A stretch of DNA of 64,000 bases from Octopus vulgaris (Eukaryota): contig OX597840.1 of NCBI GenBank assembly GCA_951406725.2, positions 20,956,001 through 21,020,000 of the forward strand, written 5' to 3'. This document shows, piece after piece, positions 50,983 to 64,000 of this stretch (position 1 is its first letter; each line of letters begins with the position of its first letter). The notes beneath the pieces are model-generated. The model had not been told where the DNA came from. It did no database searches and saw only the letters and a list, made by a program, of their open reading frames with translations. A program made the translations under genes and the position numbers.

Positions 50983-53215
50983 GAAAAATATATATATATA
51001 TATATATACACGCACACACACAGTTTCCATATACCAAATTTTACTTGTGGCCAACATACACCCATAATAGAAGAAGCTAGCAGGCAGCTTCCATGCATGG
51101 GGGGGGAGCAAAGCCCAAACCACATGGTTGCAAAGCGAACTTCCTTGAGCAAGATTCTGTATTCCACGTCGTTCCATTCAACTCAGCTGACAAAAATGAG
51201 CAGTACCAGTAATTCAAAGGGGGCGAGCCTTGACACCTTTCTGTGTTGCACTGAATCACCCTGAGGACTATGTTAAAGGCATGTGTGTCTATGGAATACT
51301 CAGCTATTTGCACACTAATTTCATGAGTAGGGTGTCCCATTGATCAGATCAGCTGGAACTCTTGTCATTTTAACCATCACAATGCCAGTGTGTATATAAA
51401 GGTGCGGATATGAGTGTGTAAGGATGTTTACTTTGTAATCACATGGTCTCCTAGACCTGTTCAGACCACTGCTACATGAGGGTACTTGGTAAACAGAATG
51501 TACCAAAAGCCCATTATATACATACACAAACTTGTGCGTGGGTGTGTGTATGCATAGTGCGAATATACATCAATTTTTATACATCTTCCACATTCATCAC
51601 CTCTACGATGCTGAGGTACTTACTGATGGCAACAGAATAACCAATCACTCACTCTGCACTTTGCAAGACCTGCAGCAAATTCAAACTGCACCTCACCCAC
51701 GCTAATTCTCTTCCTAATCAATTGTAATTAGGACACTTTGTGTTACTTTCATAACTTCGTCAATCAATTTGATACCCTCTCTGGTTGCTTCTTTCCAAGG
51801 CATCTCCTTTGCCAGTGTAGCACCTGATGATTTTATTGAATACAACACCCTCCTGTATTACCTCGATGACTACACGCAGAACCAACTGAAGCCCCTACTT
51901 TAACAGACAGATTCAGCCCCTCATCAACTGCACCCGACAGAACTTCTGTTTTCCTGTCTTTGTGTCTTTAACAGCCAATTGAACAATATAACTAGCCCCT
52001 TCCAGTAGCGGGCCCTATATCTTCAGTATTACTTGGAGTAGTTCCTTTTCTTCTGACACATCTTTCACATTTAGCAGCCTCTCATAACAACATTTCCAAG
52101 TCTCTCTCTCCTTTCATTATCAGCAAGGGCAAGTCTACCTCTACCATTTCAAGCACACACTTCCATAAAGACACCTTCATTTACTCTGACATACTCCATC
52201 ACAGTCCCAAACACATTGTGACTGACACTGCACCAGTTAGAACACTTCCACATCTCTTGCTTTCTACTTTTCTATAAGCCATATATACTTCTTGTATAAC
52301 TTCTCTGTTAGTTACAAGAAACAGTTTTTTTTATTCAAACCACCACCATCATTTCAACCAGTCCTTTTTAAACCCCTCTCCTTACTTTTACAATTCCATC
52401 CAAAGCCCTCCTCCACTATCATGTCACCTTATGTCCAGTTGATTCCTGGCCACAAGGGATTTCAGCAGATTGCATCATAGACACTCCCTACTGGCCCCTG
52501 TGCTATAAGGTTTTGTCTCCTCCTCCTTTCCACTATGCACATAATCTGACATCACAATATATATTTAGCAGAAAGAGGTTTCATTTTCCACACCTCGTTT
52601 GCCACGATGCCTGTTGTCTATCAGTCTGGGGCCACAAATCAGGAGCTGGTATTAGAATGAACATTTTTCACAGAGGAAAGCCTTAGTATTGGCAGCTACC
52701 TGCCTATCCAGGGGCATGTCCACCTGATTGGATAAAGTGATAAAGTGGCTTGTTGGCTTCCTGAAATTTCTACTACAGATGGTTAACACAATTCCAGAAG
52801 CCTTGATTGTCCCTCATTTGTAGAACCCTAACCAAAACCAACACGTACTCAGGAGCAGTTACCATGATTCTACCCAACAAGTCCATTCAGGTCACCAGCC
52901 AGGATATATTTTTGAAGTGGTTTATGAACCAACAGGGTCTCATCAAAGTCCTTCTGCTCAACTGTGGCTGAGAGGCAAGAAGAGCACTGCACAAGCAGAG
53001 ACAATAATAGCACCTATTGCCTTCCATACAGTCCACCACTTGTCTAAGCTTAGTTATTCTGTCGCATAGTCTGGATATTTCAAAAACATAATTTCTGGAT
53101 ATGTGTGTGTGTGTGTGTGGACACGCATACATAAATATACATACACATCCGCATATATATCTCTACATAAACACACATCGATATATACATACAGAAGTAT
53201 CTTTATATACTTATT

Positions 53216-53611
<396 letters not shown>

Positions 53612-55526
53612 CGTTGAATTTATACTCTATATATGTATGTTATTATAGTTGTTGTTTTGATAAATAAATAAGTCAACATTCTAATATCCTAAAGCTGTTG
53701 AACCAACTAATGTGCTTCTCCTTTCTTATTTGTAATATATATATATATATATACACACACCTATAAATATACACATACATATATAAGTGCGTATGTATAT
53801 ATTTAAGCATACACACACACAGTTTCCTAAAGACTAGACGGAAACTATCAAGCCGAGCGAGAGGTGTAATTTCTGCGAAATATGTGAATGTTTTAAGCAT
53901 CCGCGGTTACGATTCAGCAATTATTTGTTTTTCTGACCTTTTTTCGATTTTTCTTTCTTTTACTTTTTACGCTGATGAACAAGAAACTTAGGCAGACTTC
54001 TGAATAATCGCAATCTCGGATATTTAGAATACGTATTTAAATAAATAACGGTCGAGAAACGTTAAAAAAAGGGGGATTTTCCCCTTCAGAATTGTAATCT
54101 ACGATGTTTAAAAACTTGCACATCGGAGATCTTGGCTTTCGTGAACTGAATATTTTCCGATCTATTGTTTAGGAATTCCATATGTATGTGTGTGTATGTA
54201 TGTATGTATGTGTGTGTGTAAAAGTGGAAAAAAAGCATCTATAACCTTTGATTTGCTTGGATTTTTAACCCCTTTTCAACTATATATATATATATATTTA
54301 TATAATCATACATATACACACAAATGTGTAAAAAAAATTAATGAGTATGTTTGTCGTATATATCATAATGTGCATGCATATTTGTGTGTACATATACACA
54401 CACATACACCTTCTTATGAAGGCCCGCAGGCGCCGATACTTCGAAGTCACTGTCACCAACATAGTAAAATTCACACAATATGTATTCTAATAAAAAAAAC
54501 AGTATTGGAGTCAACCTTCAGTTTTAATGGAAGTAAAATTGTTATTGTAAAACTCGACATAAAAACATTTTCACACACACACACACACACACGTAAGCAC
54601 TCAAGAGCCAAATTAGATGTAGTTGTAACTATAACTGAGGTGGGGGTGGTCACGACTGGAACCATTAAGTTCCGTATCGACGAAACGAAGGTTGAACTGA
54701 GCCAAACCACAACTAATAATCTCTTCATTGAACAGAGAGATCACATTTCTATCAAATAAAGAAAAAAGTACCCGGTGTCTAAGCCAGAGTGAAAGAAATG
54801 CTTTTATTACCATTATTATTATTATTATTAATTGTTATTATTATTATTATTACTTTATTAATCACAAGAGCGAAAAATAAAAATTCGAGCCTCGCTCAGT
54901 GTTAGATTTAAACTCCGCCTTCTTCCTTTCTTCTCCCGCAGTAAATGAATAAGAGTGCGTGTGTATGTGTGGACTGCTATGTGAGTGTTCATGTATTTAT
55001 AACTATATGAGTGAAAAGCGTGTGTGTGTGTGTGTGTATGCTTTGTATGAATTTGTGAGTGAGTGTATATGTGCGAGTGAGTCAGAGTACGAATGAGAAA
55101 TGTACACATTTGTGTGTGTGTGTGTGTGTGTGTCGGAGAGTTGGTATGTGTCAGTCAGTCAACATTTGTGTGTGTGGTGATTGGTACAGTTAAATAACCG
55201 CGCTGTGTGTGTGTTGTGAGCGTACAAAAGGAAGTGTGTGTGTGTGTGTGTGTGTGTACAAAAGGAAGTGTGTGTGTGTGTGTGTGGTGGTTTTATAGAT
55301 ATTTGAGAGTGGAGGTTGGGGCGTCTCTGAGTGGAAACTGTAACGTGAGTGACAGAGATAATAGTGAATATATGAGTGAGAACGAATAAATATGGATGAC
55401 TCGGAAGAAGAAAAAAGAAGCAGTGAATAAATAATAAGGCACTGACGCACACACACACATATTCATATATACACATATATATATATATATATACACGCAT
55501 ACACACACACACAAGCGCGCGCTCAC

Positions 55527-55930
55527 CAGATACCGTAGAGGCGAGAACGAGACTTCGACATTGAACACCACCTCACTACTGCTATAACCACCGCCGCCAC
55601 CACCGCAGCCGCCGCCGCCGCCACCACTACTACTACAACCAACTTCGCTACCACCACCACCACCGCCGATACAACTACCAGAACTACTATTTCTTCTTCT
55701 ACTATTACTACTACTACTGCTGCTGCTACTCCAGCACTACCAACCATTATTTTAACTAATTGCCATCAGCAGCAGCAGCAAACACACGACTTATAACGAT
55801 GATTATTACATTATTCTTCTTATTATTATTATTCTTATTATCATCATAAGCAAAGCCAAATGAAAAGATTTGTGTGTAAGCCATAGATGTATGTATGATG
55901 ACTGGCAATTTGCTCGGCAATAACGTCACA
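55527..55930 (-). promoter_or_regulatory. Candidate CpG-rich internal promoter / alternative non-coding first exon
   Basis: CpG-rich (GCC/ACC/ACT)n tract ending at a strong donor CTG|gtgagc (55526). CRE-like TGACGTTA at 55921-55928 (minus). Confidence 0.4.
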
Positions 55931-56099
55931 CAAAGCAGGCAGAGGGGGAGACAAGGAGGAGGAGGAGGATAAAGCGGTTAGAAAAGATATTCACTAGTCT
56001 CTACTACTGCTGCTACTACTACTATTTATTCCCAGAAAAGATTGTATATATACATGGAGCTGAGAATCTGTGGTACACATATACGAACACAGTCATAAG

Positions 56100-56420
<321 letters not shown>

Positions 56421-57539
56421 GCATGCAGCTAGCACTTCGCATCTGGTTTCACGTTTTAGATCATCAGACAGGATACGAGGTGCACTTCATAACAGATTAC
56501 TACACCTATATACACACACTTGTACACATAGGTATATATACACACAAAGGAATACATACATAAATAAATCTTATCCTTTCCTTTGTTTCATTCATTGGAC
56601 TGTGGCTATGCTGCGGCACCGCCTAGAAAACGCTTCATTGACCCCCCAGTACTTATTTCCTAAGTCTAATACTTATTCTATCGGCTTCTGTTGTCGAACC
56701 GCTAAGTCTTGAAAATTAAATAAACACCGATTGTCGAGCAGCGGGGTGGGGGACAAACAGATAGGTAGACAGATAAATACGACGAGCTTCTTTCAGTTTC
56801 CGTCTACCAAATCCACTTACAAGGCTTTGGTTGGCCCAGGGCTATGGTAGAAAGCACCCACCCCAGAACCATATGGTTGGGAAGCAACTGCATGGATAGG
56901 GCGGAATTCACTGAGGCAGATTTTCTAATGGTTGAATGCCCTTATGGTCACCAATCCTTGCCAGTTTCCAAGCAAGGTAGCAGTTCCTTGTGACAAGACA
57001 TTATTTCACAGAAGATTGGAAAGGAATGACGAATTGTATAAGTGGTGTACTTGCTTACAACTACTACATGATGTCAAACACCTGGAGTGACACATATGTA
57101 TAAAAACAACAGGCTTCTTTCAGTTTCCGTCTGCCAAATCCAGTCACACGGCTTTGGCTAGCCAAAGATTATTGGTAGAAGACACTTGCCCAAGGTGTCA
57201 CGCAGTGAGGCTGAATCTAGAACCTGAATCCATGTGGTTGGGAAGCAAACAACTTGCCATACAGCCACACACACACATAAAGGCATACATGTGTGTATGC
57301 ATTTATATATATACACACACATACAAACATTCTTTTCTCTCTCTCTCCTTCCCCCCCCCTTTCAATCCTTTCTGTCTCTAAGAGCATATGCTCAAAACAT
57401 CAAAAACTTTTCCATTCTTCCTGAGTGTCAAATTAATACACCTGCTTGCTGTTCCTTCACCAGTCTTCTTTTTCTGTAAATTTGAACTATATATATATAT
57501 ATACACACACACAAACATACATATTCACGCATGCTCGAG

Positions 57540-58110
57540 TGACTCTTGATGATGAAATACTCAAACCACACAGTTAAAGCTAGAAACAGTTTTGGCAAAC
57601 TTCATTTACGTTTGTGAGACGAACAGGGAATCTCATTAGCAGTGATAATTAAAGCCTACCAACCTACAGCTCTTTCGACTCTACTGTCTGGACCAAAATC
57701 TTGGGTGCCCTATCAATTGCATTTCAACCAGTCTAATGTCTTTCAAAAGCAATATCTTTAGACTATTTATGGAAACAACATGAATGATAGAATTTCAAAT
57801 ATTGGCCTATTCTCTAAACCTAAAATTGGTGGTATTGAGTCCTTTGTTTGGCAATCCTAATTAAGATTGACTGACCATGTTCAGCCAAATGAGTAACAAC
57901 AAAAATCCCTTTGTGTAGCCAGCTCCATGGTGAAAGGAGAAACATAGGAAGACCATGACTAAAAGGCAAGGACAAGCTCAAAGCTAATCTAAAAGGGATA
58001 AAAATTCCCACAGAAACCTTTCAGGGAAAAACTACACTGAATTGAGACAAATGGAGGTCAACATGCTTATAAGACTATAAACTGGGAATTAAACTATCTG
58101 GATCATCTTT
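57540..58110 (+). mobile_element. RTE-clade LINE 3' fragment, decayed
   Basis: Interrupted peptide resembling the RTE ORF2 C-terminus (LDDEI...FGKLHLRL..EQGISL..IKAY...STLL...DRISN...GRP). Confidence 0.65.
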
Positions 58111-58306
58111 AAAAATTGAGATCAAAGGCAAAGTCTCAATCTAATGAGTCAGCCACTTTGTATAACAAATCTCTCTCGTATCGCATCCGTGGATTTGTCT
58201 GTAAATCACTGACTCAAATTCTCAAAGAAAGAAAAAGGCTAGTTAATGGCAGTTCTGTTGCATGTGTGTATGTATGTATGTATGTACACACACACACACA
58301 CAAAAA

Positions 58307-59570
58307 GATGCATTCCAGAAGCTTTGAGACTTTTGTAGGAGAGGCAGTTATAACTGTCCTGGATTCTTGTAATTTTAGCATCACTGATACATTCAATAAG
58401 CTGACCTGCCAACTTCATTTTACTGCAGAGTGAAGGAAATGACTGTAACAGCCTTTCACCACACCTGACTGAACACTGCTGCCTGTCACAGGTGACTGGT
58501 TTGCAGAATGCAGTTGGGACATGAAGACAATCTGCAAGCTCACTCTATGCAATCAAGTTTCGTGTTAAACTGGGCAAACACACAACAGAAACTTGTAAAA
58601 TGCTCCAAACTGGTCATGGATTAACTTGTATGAGCTTAACATTTCTTTTTCCTGGCAGAAGAGGTTCAAGGAAGGTAGAGACAATGAGAGGTATGGGAGG
58701 GAGAGAAACATCAGAGATGGTTGAGAATTTTCTGGATGGAGACGGTCATGTGTCCCATAAAGACAATAAATATACAGTTTGGAATTGGTGTTGCAACTGT
58801 CCACAGAATCCTTCATGAAGATCTGAGCAAGGTGCTCAGTGGGAAGAGATATTGGTGACAGCAGGAGGACGGTTGGGCTCCTAACCTGCAATCCAAAAGT
58901 ACTTGATTCTCTGGTGATCCATGACAAAAAGCTGGATCTAGTGTTATGATTCAGAGACCAAGAAACAGAATGCCCAATAGAAGCATCCTGGCTCCTTCAG
59001 ACCCAAGAGGGCCATTCAAAGCAGGTCCACCAGGAAGCGTGTGATGAGTTCTCCTTTTCTGCAGCAAGTGCATCATCCACATTCATTGGTTCCCTCTAGT
59101 CAAAAAGTCAACAAGGAGTACTTAGTGGAGATTTTGAGGGAGTTCTGGAGACTTTTGTCACAAAAGGTCAGAACTCTTCCACTCTGATCAGTGGCACTTG
59201 CACCAAGACAACACCCCAGTCCACAATTCCATTCCTGGCAACTAACTACTCAACAGAGATTGACATCAAAACTATCCCTCAGCATCCATACTATCCAGAC
59301 CTAATTTCCCGTGACTTTCGGTTGTTCCCCAAACCAAAAGAGGACCTCAGGAACAGTTGTTTTTGAAGACACTGAGAAGATAAAGGAGGAGGCTGTGACA
59401 AGGATCCTGGACACCTTCACTTTGGACGACCTCCATGCGGCTTTCACGAAGTGGCTGGTGGAACACTGTAACGATTGCATTGAAGTCAGAAGATCCTACT
59501 TTGAAGGAAATTAGCTTTTTTAATTATTTTTACTTCTTTGAAATAAATGTCTCAAAACTTGATTGCACCA
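58307..59570 (+). mobile_element. Decayed Tc1/mariner (mariner-type) DNA transposon
   Basis: Frameshifted transposase remnants: AIKF..KLGK..TET..ML, WI..YDSETK.Q, HQDNTPVH, HPYYPDL..DF.LFP, C-terminal YFEG. Degenerate TIR-like ends. Confidence 0.85.
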
Positions 59571-60778
59571 TTATATACATGCTTATATATATTACATACA
59601 CACACACACAATGTATTTTTTCTATATGCATGAATGCATACATACAGAGAAATAAACGTTCTTTCTCATTTCCATGTCTTGCCATGCAACTATGGGCTGG
59701 GTGACTACACTATTTGATGTGTTGTTCTACAGTGAAAGGCCTTTCTTAATGTTAATCCTGAATTGTTTTCAAACAAGGAGTTCACTTATCATGTACAGCT
59801 TTTAAGGGAGAAACTGTCAGGATGATTGACAGAAGAAAATAATAACACTGCTTAACTACACCTTTGGACAAGTGATTGCAAATGCAATCAAACACACTCA
59901 TGGACATTGGGGTTTTCTGTCAGTTTACCTCTATCACTCAACCCTCAACACATTGGACATCCTGGGGCTATAGCAGAAAAATCTGGTTATGGTGCCATGC
60001 AATGGGGACTGACCCCAAAACCAATGCGTTGGGAACTGAACTGCTCAACCAAAAGTTATGCCGGTGCATAACAACCAGGTTAGAGGTTGACAATCCAACT
60101 GCATAGATTTAGTTCAGGGTCTTCTTGTACAACCCCAGGCTAACAAAGCCTTGTGAGGGGATTTAATAGATAAAACCTGTTGTATGTATATTTTCTGTTT
60201 TTCTCTTACTTGTTTCAGTCAATAAACTGTGTCCATGCTGGAGCACTGTCTTCAAGGGTTTTAGTCAGAAATCAACCCCAGGACTTACTCTTTGTAAGCC
60301 TAGTACTTATTCTATCAGTCTCTTTTGCTAAACCACTAAGTTACGGGGGACATAAACACACCAGCATCAGTTGTTAAGTGATGGTAGGGGTACAAACACA
60401 GACACAAACATAGATACATATACATATATATACAACGGGTTTCTTTCAGTTTCCGTCTACCAAATCCACTCACAAGGCTTTGGTCAGACCAAGGATATTG
60501 TAGAAGACACTTGCCCAAGATGCCACACAGTGGAGCTGAACCTAGAACCAGGTGGTTGAGAAACAAGTTTCTTACCACACAGCCACACCAAAGTTTCAAA
60601 AATTATTAAACAGAAGCTCAACAAAGGAATGAACGGAACATTCCCATGGATCTGCTCTTTCCTTGTCCGTTACCATCCCAAAAAATCATTACAACTTCAC
60701 ACACACACATATATATATATAATGAATTATCCTATGTTTATCGTCGAAATTTTTGTTTGTCTTGTTGTCGAGAGAGGC

Positions 60779-60874
60779 TCCTTTTCTTTCCTGATGAGAA
60801 GATTGCATAATGCACCCTTTATTCCTTCGGAATGAAAATATGCTGTCTTTGAAACATGTGTCGAGTGTAAAGGA
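60779..60874 (+). ncRNA. Type I hammerhead ribozyme, intact core
   Basis: CTGATGA at 60791-97; helix II gaaga/tcttt extended by gcata/tatgc; GAAA at 60851-54; helix III ACA-tg-TGT with GUC triplet (C at 60862). Helix I 60779-90 / 60863-74 has 10 pairs and two U.U mismatches. Confidence 0.7.
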
Positions 60875-60914
60875 ATTTTGTTAACATCTTCATTCAACTC
60901 CATTCTTTCATTTA

Positions 60915-60949
<35 letters not shown>

Positions 60950-61006
60950 TGTAGGTCTAATATAGGTGGAATCAAAAGAAGGACTCCATCGAGTAAGTGA
61001 TAAATA

Positions 61007-61359
61007 TCAATTTAATTACACAACCGAAACAGCTACTAATTAATTAAAGTATCGTAAATGCACATAACTATTAGTAGCTTTTTCAGTTGTGTATTAAACT
61101 GATGTGTGAGTGTGTGTGTGTGTCTACCATTTGACAGTGTTGGTTCGTTTACATCCTTGTAAAAAAGAAACCAACAGAATAAGTAACCATGATATATATA
61201 TATATATTGTATTTCTTATATGTTTATTGGCCTGCGACCCTTTTGGGGCAGCCAAGTTGAAGGATTTCGAATCATGGTTACTTATTCTGTTGGTTTCTTT
61301 TTTACAAGGATGTAAACGAACCAACACTGTCAAAGGGTAGACACACACATCAGTTTAAT
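61007..61359. repeat. Two adjacent inverted duplications between TA tracts
   Basis: 61007-41 / 61070-61103 inverted; 61093-61193 / 61274-61359 near-perfect inverted. Confidence 0.8.
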
Positions 61360-61397
61360 ATATATATATATATATATGTGTGTGCGTGTGTGTGTAC

Positions 61398-61445
<48 letters not shown>

Positions 61446-61516
61446 ATGTGTATATATATATATGTGTGTATATATATATATGTGTGTATATATATATATA
61501 TATTTAGTTAAATATA

Positions 61517-61915
61517 GGCGCATGTGTGGCTGCGTGGTGAAAAGTTTGCTTCTCAACCATATGGTTTTGGGTTTCTGGGTTCAGTTGCACTGCTTGGCAC
61601 CTTGAGCAATTTTATCTACTATAGCCTTGGGCCGACCAAAGCCTTGTGAGTGGATTTGGTAGACGGAAACTGAAAGAAGCCCATCGAATATATGTGCATA
61701 TGTTTGTCTTTGTGTCTGTGTTTGTCCCATGGCCACCGCTTGATAACCAGTGTTGGTGTGTTTACGTCCCTGTAAGCTAGCGGTTCGGCAAAAGACACTG
61801 ATAGAATAAGTACTAGGCTTAAAAGAATAAGTCCTGGGGATCGATTTGTTTGACTAAAACCCCTTGAAGGCGGAGCCCCAGCTTAGCCGCAGCCAATAGA
61901 ATGAAACAAGTAAAA
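61517..61915 (+). mobile_element. SINE family B copy
   Basis: Full head-core-tail; inverted relative to the copy at 60205-60588. Confidence 0.75.
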
Positions 61916-63779
61916 GGATATGAGACACACACACATTCAGGATACGAGAAGCATTCTCTGTGTAGATTTCATTCATGTGCGAGTGTAGCAACACGCTCGA
62001 TAAACTGGGTTATATTATTATTATTATTCTACTGATTATTGTGGGTGTTATTTGTGTAAAATACATTTGGTAACATAAGTATTATTTTTCTTGTGGCTGC
62101 ATCCCCAAATATTTAACCTAAATAACATACATACACACACACACACATGTATATATACACGCATGCACACACACACACACACACACATGTATATACACAC
62201 GCATGCACACACACACACATGTATATATACACGCATATATGTACACACACACATGTATATATACACGCATATATGTACATACACACTTGAGTAACAATGC
62301 AAGAAGTACTAAATTCAAACACAAGTTTACAGTATTCTGGAGGGGGGCTATATATATATATACACACACACACATATATATATATACACACCATACTATA
62401 TATAGAATAAACAAATAACAAAGATGCATTATCAACGATTTATTCTTTATGCTTTTCCTAATAAAATCCGTAATTATTCCATTGCATTTAATTGGTGCTC
62501 AACCTCGGAATTACGAATTGTATGTCACATTATATATGAATTGTAAACAATAACGATATATATATATATGGATTGCTATACTGGACAATTTAGTTAGCTG
62601 AGTTTGATTTCTAGAGTACTGAATGGGGTATCCACCCGGATATATTTATTTCCCTATTTTCCCATACTTATACCATATATATATATATATGTATATCATC
62701 ATCATCATCGGACGCTAAACGATGATGATGATGATGATGATATACACACACACACTCAGTCCACTCTGAAAGGTGGTTGGTATTAGGAAGGGCATCCAAC
62801 CGTAAAAGTCACCCCCAAAGCACACAGTTGCATCCTGGTGCAGTCTTCTGACTCACTATAAAACCGTCCAACCCATGCCAGCATGGAAAATGGATATTAA
62901 ATCATAATGATTATGATATATGCATACATATGAGACAGTGTGTGTGTGTGTGTGCGTTGTTTTAGTCATTAGACTGTGGCCATGCTGGGCAATGTACATA
63001 TATATATTAGTCAATACCAATTTCTGTTTAATATTATCACTTGTATCAGTTATGAAGGGTTGTATCAGTTAAACGCCTGTATGTATTTTGTGTTTGATAT
63101 TTATTTTAGCAACTTTTTTATTTACATGAACTGCTGAGTTACAGGCACACAAAGTAACACCAGTTGTCAGACAGACAGGCACACATTTACATATATCATA
63201 TACACACACAAACATTTATACATACACATACATGTATCTGCATGGATAGATAGATAGATAGATACCCAATAAAAAAATATTTTAAAGCGCTCTTAAGAAT
63301 AATAACTGAGCATTTACTAATGGTGTGGCTAAACTGGGTGGAGTTAAAATATTAGGAACTGTGGAGTCAATAGGTGAAATCTGAAGTCCCAGTCAACTTG
63401 ATCTATATATATGCCTCTGTGTATGTATATACACACACACAAACACACACATGCACCTAACCAACCGTGTGATCTTAGCTCATTCAACCGTGTGTCACCT
63501 TGGGCAAATGTCTTCAACTATTGTTCTAGGCCAACCAAAGCCTTGTGAGAGAGTTGGTAGACGGAAACTGAAAGAATCTTGTCGTATGTGTAAATATGTG
63601 TGTGTGTGCGAGCGCGCGCAACCCACCACCACTTGAAAGAGCCCGTAAATTAGCGGTTCGGCAAAAGTAACCGATAGATTAAGTAGCAGGCTTCAGAAAA
63701 TAAGTTCTGAGGTCAAGAAACACCCTCCAAGGCCGTGCTCCAGCATGGACGCATCCCAATGACTAAAAGTAAAAGACAC

Positions 63780-64000
63780 AGATAGAAGGAGGCGCGCGTG
63801 AACGCACATACATAAAGAGAGACGGGAGGAAGAGGAATATGTTTTGAGAAAACAATTCTAATATAAAAGAGACGACAACCGGCTTCGGAAAGAGATTTAG
63901 ACTGAGACAGACAAAACGGTAGATGCGAGGTAGAGGGGGAGGAGGAGTGAGTGGGTTAAGAAGAGCCGAGAGTGAGCGGCGCGAAATCGACCGCTACACG
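63780..64000. promoter_or_regulatory. CpG-rich edge, probably approaching the ARID2 5' end
   Basis: Visibly many CG dinucleotides and purine-rich tracts against a CpG-depleted gene body. Confidence 0.3.

Noticed and set aside
51580-53090. Possible decayed retroelement coding region
   Set aside because: Composition is suggestive, but no RT or endonuclease motif could be read with confidence.
53972-53995. CTGATGA-acaa-GAAA
   Set aside because: No supporting stems.

Overview
AT-rich, microsatellite- and SINE-dense animal genomic DNA. The repeat landscape suggests a coleoid cephalopod, probably Octopus (inference). The window holds most of one minus-strand multi-exon gene, an ARID2/BAF200 (PBAF subunit) orthologue. 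I traced 17 GT-AG coding exons from 48528 down to 2514 that splice in phase (6270 nt, 2090 codons). They encode the C-terminal half of the ARID domain, an ARM-like region, an RFX-type winged helix, a 4.16-kb low-complexity exon and two C2H2 fingers. The first two coding exons and the terminal exons are not visible and probably lie outside the window. Introns carry tRNA-derived SINEs, MITEs, RTE and RLE-type LINE relics, a decayed mariner and Helitron ends. The most striking unexplained signal is a set of short foldback elements, several embedded in (TA)n tracts, together with at least eight hammerhead-ribozyme-like motifs with palindromic helix III. One motif (60779-60874) has a fully intact core. 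This fits non-autonomous Penelope-like/retrozyme-type elements. A CpG-rich candidate internal promoter near 55.5-56 kb could give an ARID-less isoform.
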